A stretch of DNA of 63,950 bases, counting the filler, from Guillardia theta CCMP2712 (Eukaryota; Protista; Cryptophyta), in the NCBI RefSeq assembly GCF_000315625.1. It is 3 parts of 3 records of this genome, joined end to end, with 100 filler letters (N's around TTAATTAATTAA, not from the genome) between each part and the next. Parts side by side here need not be neighbours in the genome. Positions count along the whole stretch, not along the records: positions 1 to 22,770 come from NW_005434655.1; positions 22,871 to 32,477 come from NW_005434272.1; 1 more part is not named here. The stretch is one strand, 5' to 3'. Each line of letters opens with the position of its first letter. Position 1 is the stretch's first letter. The position numbers were made by a program, and so were the translations under genes. The notes below the pieces were generated by a model. It worked only from the letters and a program-made list of their open reading frames with translations. It had not been told where the DNA came from and did not search any database. Shown piece after piece: positions 12,178-23,114 of this stretch.

Positions 12178-13075
12178 ATGACGTTCTTGAACGAGTTGAA
12201 GAACCTATCGGCTGTAGGCAGACCGTTGAAAGTGGTGGAGATTGTTTGCTTTACCTGTCCTGTAGGAGGCAACGAACTCTTTGGAACTAAATTCTGTGCG
12301 TCAATGCTATCAGGACATGATGAAAATTATGTCGCGACCCTTCTCCTTGGAGTAGGGTACCTTGAAGGCAGTAGCCAGTAGACTTTCGCTTCAATCTCTG
12401 ATCATTACGGGAGCTCCAGGGATAGGGAAGTCTGTTTCGCGTGAATGGGGCAACTTTCCGAGACATGTTTAATCCCACCTACCATTAGCCTAATGGAGCA
12501 AGCGCGACAGTTCGATATTCTGTCTAAGCTTTACTCGTACATTCAAATAGCAGTCAGTGACGATGTGGGGATGTCTTCGAGGTTGATCCATCTGGACCCC
12601 GATGATTCATATCAGACGTTCAGGGCTCAGGTGTGCTCAAGAAAGGCAAGTGAGCTGATCTATGAGCAGCAGATGCGATCAGATTGAGATAATGTGATAT
12701 ATGCGATCAGATCGAGATAATGTGATATATGCGATCAGATCGAGATAAATAAATGTGATATGTCTTGCGTTCTCGAAGCTGAGCAGCCTCACCCGCCATG
12801 GCGGTGAGGCAGGGCTGGTATTCGAGGGAATCGCAAGTGATTCGAGCGAGGACACAGTGGTACCTGTTGGGGTGCTGCCATATTACGAGTTTTTGACCAA
12901 CTTCAATGAGACAAGGCAGTGGCAGATCCCAGACCGTACATACTGCAAGCGCATTGACTCACTGTTGTTGTTCAAATCCAGCGGGGCGTTGTTTTTGTTG
13001 GAGATAAGAAGGGCGGAGACTCATCCGATCACACGCAAACTGTTACAGGACATACTAAAAAAAAGAATGAGATAA
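12178..13075 (+). CDS. Hypothetical protein, spliced
   Basis: Protein-like ORF segments 12178-12350, 12445-12630 and 12780-13075 with short introns; divergent from YJU2. Confidence 0.45.
12670..12762. repeat. ~28-bp tandem repeat (GATCAGATCGAGATAATGTGATATATGC), about 3 copies, probably intronic
   Basis: Seen directly. Confidence 0.85.
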
Positions 13076-15010
13076 AGAAGGTGAAATTGATATTACCTGA
13101 TTCTTTTGCCAAGCAGCCTAGTGGGCAACAAAATCAGAGTCTTCAGGGCCTGATACCAGGGAGGTTCGGCGAGTTGAAAATCGTGCAGTTTGCGCTTTTT
13201 TAGACGAAGGCAGCAGCTGAAACTCTCAAAAAGAGCGTAATGAAATGGAATGCGAATTGGCTACCAGTCAAGGATTCCGGTCGTGATCGAGAAGCCGAGA
13301 AGATCAAGACTGCTTCATCATGTTTGTAATAGGAAGCCCGGTACAGCTCGTGCATTCTCACAAGCAGATATTCACTGAACACTCTCCTCCCAAGTTTTCC
13401 AACCACCTCAGCACTTCTTGTCGTGTCTCTTCATCTTCGTTCGCACGCATCCTCCTTACACGTTGTTCGAAACGCTCTACAAGGTATTCACGTCTGCAAA
13501 CCGTTTTTTGCTGTTCATCGAATTCAACCGAGCGTAGCATAGGAATGTTCCTCGTTCTACTCCCACAAAGCCACAAATCGATGTCTTCAACGTGCTTCCA
13601 AGTTCATCCAACTACATAGTATTCGGAAAAGAATCACTTTCTCCAGCCTGTGACGCTCTACCCGCTTTCATGTCAGTGTCCAACGATAATTCTTGAGCTT
13701 CTCGCATCACGTCAAAACATTCGGCTCCGTCGGGACATCTGCACTGGCCCCTGCACTTCCCATGAGCTGTATAAACTCTTTGCCGCACCTTGAACCCGAG
13801 GACTCCTCCTCTTTCACACCTTTCGCAGGCATCCCTTCGCAAACTCCTCAAAAGTGTCCTATCTTCCATTGGTCGATATGAAGCACCTCTTGGCCGCACT
13901 GAGCATGGGCACAGTGTTCTCATCTTGAAAGAGCATTGACGGCCATGAAGGGTGATTTGACTCGAGGTTGTCTTCATGTTGAGAGGATCAGAATGATACA
14001 ACACCATGTTCTGCAACTCCCTTCATATATGCTGACAGTGTCAGAAACAATTGAACGATCACTTTCCTCAGAATCTCATCCCTGTCGATAAAGTGGGGAG
14101 TTAAAATGACAAACTCAGCCTGTTGATCGCTAATCCCGCAACTGTCCGACCTGTACTACATGATGTTATCCGTCATCATCGACTCCGAGAAGCAGATGGA
14201 TTTACCTACGAAACATCTTTTACCCCCTTGTCGCTTCAAACCTCAGATATGTCTCAAAGATACGTCCATGAGCCCACCCTGCTATCGAAATTGCCGCGCC
14301 TGACGCCTACTTGCAGGCACACAGAAAGTCGCAGATCATCGGATCCCTTCCATATGCAAGTGACTCTGCAAGTGAATGCTGATGGGAACTTGGGTTCTGA
14401 TGCGTACCACGGTGGCAGTGCCGGGTTCACCGATACCCGACACAACTTGTCCCCACGGAAGATCTCGTTCAGGGTTGCGAGTCCTCAAGAAGCAATCTTG
14501 AAGAGATCTCTGTTGAGTTGCATGATTTATAGAAAGAGCCGAGTCTAAGTCATGAACAGCTCTGCTGCTGACATCGTTCGTCGCGCGACTCCTCCTTCAG
14601 CAATCGCTGCAGTAGCCAGGTCTCCACCCCTTGATGCTCCCGACAGGAGAAGGGGTAGCGGTTGTAACCCCAATCTGCGATTCAATTCAGCTTCAAATCA
14701 CAGGTGCTGAGGAGTGAAATGAAATCTTGTCAGAGGATTCTTATTTCTCGAGTCCGACGGGTCAAACCTGAACGCTTACCTCCTCGCCACCATGTTCCAT
14801 AGACCACCAATCTCACTCCCTCTTCCTCAATCTCATCTACCCTTGCGCGCCTAATCTCCTTCCAGCATAGCCCTATCACGCCTGCGGCTGCCTTCTTTTC
14901 TGGCACTTCACCAAACAAATTGTTTTGACGGGAGCGTGTAAAAGGACATGAGGTCAACAAAAGCAACAGAGGAGGAAGAGTGGGAGGGACAGCAGGAGGA
15001 GGAGGAGGTC

Positions 15011-15065
<55 letters not shown>

Positions 15066-15068
15066 ATT

Positions 15069-15147
<79 letters not shown>

Positions 15148-15178
15148 TGATGATGATGACGACGACGACGATGATGAC

Positions 15179-15212
<34 letters not shown>

Positions 15213-15215
15213 ATT

Positions 15216-15252
<37 letters not shown>

Positions 15253-15340
15253 TGATGATGAGGATGATGAGGATGAGGATGAGGATGATGATGATGATGA
15301 TGATGATGATAAGGATGATGATGATGATGAGGAGGAGGAG
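15011..15340. repeat. Compound (GAT)n/(GAC)n microsatellite
   Basis: Seen directly. Confidence 0.95.
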
Positions 15341-16578
15341 CGAGTGGATTGAGTGTGACAGTGGTCAGGATCGAGTGGATGGGGAGCGAGGGAGCGAGGG
15401 AGCAGGGAGGGCACATGCTGCCTCCTCTAGGGCTTCTTCACTCTAGGCAGTACGGACGAGCCTACGGAACAACATAAAGTGACCGTACCGGGTGTGCCGG
15501 GCCCGGGCCCGGCGGCTGCGATGCCTCAGTTGGGCCGCACTGGGCTACTGGTGAGTTGAGTAAACATTTACAGGCAGTCCGGAACCACCGGGCAGTGGCA
15601 GTTACATGTGACAACCCCCCACCCCCCACCCCCCACCCCTCTTAGTTCTCAGTATCCACCCCTACCCCTACCGAAGCCTGTGGTACTGCGATGCCCTGGA
15701 CTCATCACGTTCTCGGAAGTTCCCGATCGGTACTCCTACCGGTCAGTTGCTCCACTTGGTCTCTCCACTACCGGTCCTTTCACCAGGACCGGAGGCTACC
15801 GGTGTAGGGTCTCTACAACAAAGTGTTCCACTGGGCCACACATCAGCAATGACCACCCCCCCCTTCAAAATGCAACTCAACTTGGCAAGCTTACCACCCC
15901 TGGTGCCGAGCCCAGGCTCACAGGATCGACACTGACCGGTGGTGCCTACCCACCCTGGGGCCCCGGCATCCCTCTACGTGGTCGCTGCGCCGCTTGCTGA
16001 GCCAATGGCACGAGGGCGGGGGGGTGAGAAGGAAAGGAGATGGACCGGAAGCCGATGACCAGCCAAGTCGACTTCGTTGCGTTGGACCGAGCTCGAGCTC
16101 GAGCTCGAGCTCGAGCATGAGAAGCGTGGGGAGGATGAACTAGAGGAAGAGGAGGAAATCAGGAGAGGACGAAAAAGCGGAGGTTGTGGAAGGATTTGAA
16201 GATTGGATCAACAGAATGAAAGTGTTTATGCAAGCAGGGTGAGATTGAGAAATATTGAAAGAGGATGGAGTTAGATCCGGGAGAAAGAGGAGCTTGGCAG
16301 CAGGAGGAGAGCCATGTGAGAACTGAAGAGCTTGGCAACATGCAGGCATGCTCGATGTTTATGATGAGCTTGAGTAGATGCAACCAATCTTGACGACATG
16401 GAAAAGGAAAGTGTTTGTCTGAAAGACAATTTGATCCAGATGCCATATGACTCCACCGACAACTTCGAGGCCCCGCCGCTTTTGAATGAATCCAGTGTCG
16501 CGGTTTATTCCTCGCCGATGAAGAGTAAGAGCTCGTTGCTGTCCGAACTCAACGCTGAGAGATGAAGCAGCCAACGCG

Positions 16579-18850
16579 ATGGTCACCTACACCAACACGA
16601 ATCAAGCAGTCTCGCAGGTATTCAACTCCGTGACTTCGACTGAGTGAGCTGAATGATCACTTGATCCTTGACAGGTGCAAAGCGTTCAGTTGCACTCATC
16701 GCCTTCCAACCAGCTCCTCTATCCAGTCCAGCAGGTATGCAGCCTCACTTTCACATGAGGTGAGTAATGCTACCGCAAGGTCACTGGGATTGTTCCGATT
16801 CAAAGTCAGGTCTACACCTTGGTATCTTTCAGAATTTTCAAAGCCTGATGTTTGCATGCTCTCAGAATCTTCAAACAATTCAAACTTCAGCTGTGCAGGT
16901 CATGAACACAGGAGGCATTACTTTGTGTGTATTGAAGAGATTTGCCAGCTCTCCCCTGTTTCAATTGTTCGTGAGGAAGCACCGATGGTACGGATTCCAA
17001 GGGAAGAAGTCACTTACATGCAACCAGTGCATGGTTCGCATCGAGTTGTCTCTGTTTCTCCACTGATTCTTCGTCATTCTCAGTCCAGCAAGAACAAAGA
17101 AAAATTGTCATCGAAAATGAAGAACCCGTCTTCAGGAGGATTCCTGTTCAACAGGACCGAATTGTCAACAGGCAAGACCTTCTTTTCTATTGCTATGGAT
17201 ATGGTTTAATTCAGCATAAAGGCATGAAACCTTGTATGTCGAGAACGTAAGAGTCAAAGATGTTGATGTCGAGGTTCAACGCATCAACCTACGCGAGGTA
17301 GTGAAGCTTGTGAACACACGAGTTTGTGCTCTAAGTTGACGGCCAGGAACCTGTTGCTGTGGAAAAGATTGACGTCCAAGAAAAACAAGTGAGTACAGTA
17401 CATAATTCATTCAGTGGGTTTTGCCATTCAAATCTGAAGGAGGAATATTTGGTTGTAGGTGCCTTACGACGTTCCGGTTGAGAACATTATCGTGAAGGAT
17501 GAGATTAAAGAGGTTCCGGTCGATCGCTTGAACATTCAAGAAATCAGTGTTCCGGTTTGTCAGCTTCTCAATTTGTTGCAGCTGATCATTGGTGGGATAG
17601 GTTGACAGGATTCTAGTAAAAGAAGTTCCCATCCCAATCGACAGAATCATTGAGCAGATAGTGGTGCCTTCGGTCAAATGTTGTTTGGTTTTCTCCCTCA
17701 CTCTTGTCAGATGCAAGACGTGCCGGTGGAGAAGGTTGTTGTACAAGAGATTCCTGTTCCCATCGAAAAGATCATCATTCGAGATGTTGAGGTACACGTC
17801 ATGGGAGTGGTGCCACGACTGAGCCTGTTACCAGGTTCCTGTGGAGAGAACTGTTGAAAGAATCATAGAGCGACAAGTTGACAAAGTAGTGAACCAAGAG
17901 AGAATCGTGTATCAAGACAACATCATCTACAAGGATAGGAATGGTTGCAACGCTACATCGGCTCGTTGCTCATGTCTGATCTTGGGGTTCAGTGGAGGTC
18001 CCAGTGGAAAGGCTTGTCTGCAAGGGGAAGGAGAAGATTCAACAGGTTCTGCTCATGAAAATGATTTGATCTAAGAGGGTGCAGTCGTTCATTCAAAATG
18101 TCGGATTCGTCATGGACAGCACCGGCCAGGTTGAAATTGTTGTAGGAAGCTCTTTTGTTGCTGATGCAGATTGCACAGCTTGAGAGGAACAGTGGATACA
18201 TGCTGTCGTACAGCCAACCAAGAAGAGTGCTTTCCAATGTCAGATCTTAATCAAAATTGTGATTCCATTCTAACTCATGCAGAATGCCGGAGTTCTCTTC
18301 AAGACAAAGAAAGTTGGTCTCGGAATCTTGCTCAAGAGAAACTCTCAAGTACTTGCTTGCGTGGGAGTATGGCTTGTGCAAGCTCTGAAAGATATGTCAG
18401 GGAGAGACGTACATCCATGCGCTCCTTCCTGGTGAGCTGACAAGCCAAGTGGTCCTCCCGTGAGACTTCTGCAGGCTTTGCTGGCGCTGAATCAGGCGAA
18501 GTGCAAGTTGACGACATCATAGTCACCATCGACAACCAGGTGCTGCTGGAGAAAGTTGTAGATGAAGCTGTAGATGAAGCTGTAGATGAAGTTGTAGATG
18601 AAGTTTTGTGTGGGTTGACAGTTAACGCTCTAGAATGTCGACAACTGGGACTTGGACGATATCAAGCAGCTCACTGTAGGAGACGAGGGGTCAGCCTGTA
18701 ATCTTGTTCTCCGGCGGCGAGGGCAGACGCATGAGGTGAGAGGTGAAGGTGGTGAACTAGCGTGAAGTGCTGGAGCAGGTGAAGCTGATCCGCATCGGAA
18801 GCTCTCGAGGTCAGCTGGAGAGTTTCGAGAAATCTCCAGGGGCAACTTGA
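16579..18850 (+). CDS. Epiplastin/articulin-like membrane-skeleton protein (VPV/VEK repeats) with a C-terminal PDZ domain, many exons
   Basis: Exons read VPYDVPVENIIVKDEIKEVPVDR, VKEVPIPIDRIIEQ, DVPVEKVVVQEIPVPIEKIII and VPVERTVERIIER. These are followed by PDZ-like AGAESGEVQVDDIIVTIDNQ|NVDNWDLDDIKQLTVGDEGSACNLVLRR. Confidence 0.75.
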
Positions 18851-18913
18851 AGTTAAGCTCCTGGACTGTTGGCGTGCTGACTTGCAGAGGAGTAAAGTTT
18901 AGAAACATTGAAG

Positions 18914-20427
18914 TTAATCCTCAAGGTCCTTGAGATCTTCTCCAGCAAGCCTCAGGTCAATGCCTTCCTCCCCCCTCGAGAGCTCCTGCGATTCAGTGGT
19001 GAAGTGCGAAGTTGTCACCTGTGACCCGCTTTCCAAGTCGTTGAGAGGAAGCGCTTCGAGCTGGAGTAGAGCAGTGAGGGGTGAGCAGGGGAGCAGTGAG
19101 GGGAGACGAGGACAGCAGTGAGGGGAGAAGAGGAGAGCAGTGAGGGGAGAAGAGGAGAGCAGTGGGGTCGGGTCACCTTGGGAAGCAAGCTCTGCCAAGT
19201 CCTCGCCATGTCCTCGTGGAATTGAATTTGAGACTCGCAGAAGCCTCTCAGCGTCTCCCTCACTTCCCACACGCGCAGGTTGTGAAACCTCTGCATCTCC
19301 TGCGACGTCACCTTTGTTGCCTGCTTCCACCTGCCCTCGGCTTTCACCGAAGCTGCTTCGCACTCCTTCTTCTGCTCCTCCAGCTTGCGGATCTGCTCCT
19401 TGGGGCTCTCGAGCGTTAAGGTTTCTTTGAAGATCTCCATCGCCGTCTTTGGCTTTGTGCTCTGCATGTTCTGTTTCACTTGCTCAAACTCTCTCTCAAT
19501 CTTCATCTTAGACTCTCTTAATGCGACCACGTCGCACATGGCGGCTTCTCGATTCTTCAGCAGCTCCTTGGCTGCTGTCGACCACAGCACGAGGTCCCTC
19601 AACCGCTCGACAAAGTATAGCTCGTCCGCTCCTGCCTGCTGCTTCACTCGATCGGACGATGCGCGGAAACTTTTAGCCGCTTCAGCCAAGACACCCGCGA
19701 CTTCATCCTCTGACTGCGAAAGCACTTCCAATGTCGGAGACATGTCGGCCAGATCGTTGCCCAAACCCTCCTGACGCTTTGTGAGCCTCCTTGCAGTTTC
19801 AAGCAGAAGGCTGGTCTGCTCCTCAAGTTTGGTCGTATAGGCGAGGAGGTTCTGGTGTCGGTCTTGCTCAGGGTCTTCGAGCTCCTGGAACTGTCCTCGG
19901 ATCTTCTTCCATGCGCCATCAGCGTCTCGTCGAAGCAGGTGCAGCATCTTTCCCACTTGGTTTGAATAAGCTGCTTGCGTGCTCTCCAGCGCCCAAACTT
20001 TGGTTTCCAGGAAGAGGAGGAGATCTTTCGACTGTGAGAGTACATGATGGTTGCATACCCGATTCATGAAGCTCTGCAGCTGCTCGCACCGCCGTCGGAT
20101 GACCTGCTCCTCATGGCTCGCTTGAGCAGGAAGCTTCTCCTTCTCCGCGAGGACAGGAACGAGAAAGTGAGGGTAATCAGCAGCCAACACGTTGCGCAGC
20201 CAGATGAAGTCGTTGTACTTCCTTCTGACAGCGAACTCTCTTTCACCAAATGCTCCTCCTTTCATTCTTGTTCTCAGCTCATATGTTAGGTAGGCACCAA
20301 TGCCCTGTCCGTGCTTCTCTGGGTTAACAACAATCACCTGGTACTCCACCCCGCCATCTCCTGCCTTGGCTTCTGTTTCATACGCCACGGAGAGATCAGA
20401 TGGAGCAGCCATACTCGTTTCTCCCAC
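18914..20427 (-). CDS. Sorting nexin, PX-BAR type (SNX1/2, Vps5, SNX4-like); first exon may lie further upstream
   Basis: PX motifs YLTYEL..VRRKYNDFIWLR..YPHFLVPVLAEK..RRCEQLQSFMNRVCNHHVL followed by a helical BAR region; the last two short exons end DLKDLED*. Confidence 0.9.
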
Positions 20428-20896
20428 TGTAGAAGGCGATGAATGTTAGAGAATCAATTAAGTTCGTTGCAAGTCGTGCCATTTCCCCGACAATCGTGAC
20501 TTGCTATTCCCATCCTAATCGTCTTCATCTCCTACCTACTGCTGTGCAATGCACCTCTACCTCGTCAAGTTCTCTCCTCTTGTCTCCTCTTCTCCAGTCT
20601 TCTCTGATTCACTCTCTGTTCCTCGTCTCTCTTGTTCTCTCTTGTTCTCTCTTCGCATCTTTCCTTCATCCCTGTCAGTGCATGTTTGTTCGCTTCATCA
20701 TCATGTCGGCTACCCACCCTCTCCAGCTCCAAGATACCCTATCATCCAGGGGTAAACTACCCTTTAATTGAGGGGTGGGTCAAACTACCCACCCGTAGGG
20801 ACTCCAAATAGAAATAAGTTCTATATCTGGGAGCGGGGAGGGCGATGGTGGGAGGAGGGAGATGGTCAGACGCGCTGCAGCTGACGCCCCATGAGG

Positions 20897-22770
20897 TCAA
20901 GAACGGTTTCGCTCCATGGCTTGCGACGCTAACTTGATCTTGCGATGCTGCAGAGTTCTTGCAATCTCCTCCGTCACCTCAACAAACCTGTGCATCGCTG
21001 AATGCCCTGCAGCTGCAAGCATGAAAACTCACCAGCGGTCATGCTCTAGTGCCGGCACCCACACATGAACCCTCCACAAGTAGCCTGCCAGGCGTGAGGT
21101 CAGGCTGGAGTGATCGGAGACATCGCTGGCTCCTCGCCTTTCTCGCCGATGTCGAGGAGGATCACGGATGGAGGGCACGGCTAAGGTGACGTTCATGTCG
21201 CGCATGCGCGTGGGCGAGCAGGAGCACCTGAGCGATCTTCTGCTCCTGTTTCAGCACATTCTTCGTATGCTTGAGCAGGTCCAGCGACATGGCGACCGCC
21301 AGCACCCCCATCATGGAAGCCTGAGGAGAGAGATAAGCTCCAGCTCTCACCCCGCGTCTTCCTTGCCTTCCTGCCTTCCCCATCGACCTCGAAGGCTCTC
21401 AGCACCTGCTCAGTCGTCACGCCAGCAACACTCCTCTTCTTCTGCCTTGTCCCATGCTCTCTTGGGTCCGAAGAGAAGCTGACAGGCGTCACTTTCCCTT
21501 CTCCTCACAATCTCTTGCACCTGCTGCAGATGCTGGAGGTTGGACGGGCTCGCAAGAACCCCCTGCTCGGCCCTTGGGCTGCTTCCTCCTTCCCTTACTT
21601 GCTTCTTCTTTGTGCACCTCACAGGCAGCGAGTCGCTGCAAGCCTTGTGACGCCCCCTCGCCCTTCTCGCCCTCCTCCTCACCTCTTGGGCTCTGCAAGG
21701 TACGCGAACTTGGCGATGGCCTGCAGCAGTTTAGCATGAGCAGCTTGATGGGCTGGCGACCTCCTCAAGAGCCTTCCTAGTGCCCGCAATGTCGGACGAG
21801 CCTGCAAGAGCGAAGGTGAGCAGCAGGAGAAGCGGGGGGGGGGGTAGGGAGACCAGCGACGAGCATCGCCACCTGAACTCGTCGCATGCCACCAGCCTGT
21901 ATCACAAAGTTAGGAAGAACAACAAAGATGTTTCTAAGAGCGTGAGAAGACCGTTAGGTTGTCAATGTATCCAGAGTAAATCTCGTGGTTTGGCATGCTT
22001 ATCTTCCTCCTGTCAGTCTAGTCACACAGGATGGGAAGGGAAGAGAGGGAACCGGTCGTCAGTGAGGAGGGTGGTCTCGAAGAGCATAATCTAACAGCAG
22101 AGCCCTTGAGCTCTCGGAAAAGTGCGCGATGAGACAAGTGACTTTCACCTTGGTGACCCAGCCCATGACGTTGTTGACGCAAATCTTGTCGCCAACCTTG
22201 AATGGGCGAAAGAGGAGCAGAATGACGCCGGCCGCGAGATTCTAGAGCAGCAGGTAAGGGGCAGTTGATGTTGGGAGGGGAGGAGGGCGGAACCTGGAGT
22301 ATCTTCTGGGAAGCAAAACCCGCCTGGGAGGGGAGCATTTATCAAGTCACTCCCTCTCCCCCCTCCTCTCTCCTCGCACTCTCTCACCGCTATGCCAGCA
22401 CTTGCAAGAAGCGCATCCAACCCGACGGCCTCTACCTGTAGGAAGAAAATGCCATCATGCTGCCCTCCTCCTCCCCCTCCTTTCTCCTCCCCTTCCTCCT
22501 TGCTCATTCTTCCTCCTCACTCACTCCCATGGCCTTGAGAATGACTGAGCCTGCGAAAGCCATGGCCGCGTACTTGACGAGTCCTTGCCTACGAGGAGGT
22601 GAGGAGGGAGGACAGCGAACGAGGGCAGGACAGGAAGATGGAGGTCGTGCGGTCAATCTGCAGGTAGGAAACGCAGCTGCAAAAATCCTATGAGTGCGAG
22701 GAGCAAAGTCCTTTAGCACAGACCGTTTCTGAGCACACAAGGCCAGCCAGTGGCTGAAGGCATAACCCGC
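20897..22770 (-). CDS. MscS-family mechanosensitive channel; 5' part runs into a gap
   Basis: Spliced exons give LDALLASAGIA|AGFASQKILQ|NLAAGVILLLFRPFKVGDKICVNNVMGWVTK|IMLFETTLLTDD...KISMPNHEIY...GYLWRVHVWVP...EEIARTLQHRKI, matching the MscS TM3 and beta-domain. Confidence 0.85.
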
Positions 22771-23114
22771 NNNNNNNNNNNNNNNNNNNNNNNNNNNNNN
22801 NNNNNNNNNNNNNNTTAATTAATTAANNNNNNNNNNNNNNNNNNNNNNNNNNNNNNNNNNNNNNNNNNNNAGGAGGTAGAGAGGAGGAGGAGAGGGTGCA
22901 GGTCAAGAGGAAGTGATCATAAGGAGCATCGGGGAGGGGGGTGTGGTCGGAAGGATATGAGATCAGCAAGCAATTGGGAGGGAATGGTTCAGAGGCGGGC
23001 AGAGCACGAGTATATTGACTCCTCCTCCTCCTCCTCCTACACCACCACCACCACGTTTCCACAGAGATCCCACGAAGTCTTCACACCGCCTCACGTAAGG
23101 ATGTAGCAACAGCG

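Noticed and set aside
13100-14940. Possible minus-strand gene (ORFs 13358-13576, 13612-14016)
   Set aside because: Could not build a consistent exon chain or recognise a domain
14730-15446. Poly-His/Ser/Asp/Met ORFs (also 6807-7162, 28779-29869)
   Set aside because: Translations of microsatellites
22815-22826. TTAATTAATTAA inside N runs (also 32522-32533)
   Set aside because: Artificial assembly gap linker with stops in all frames
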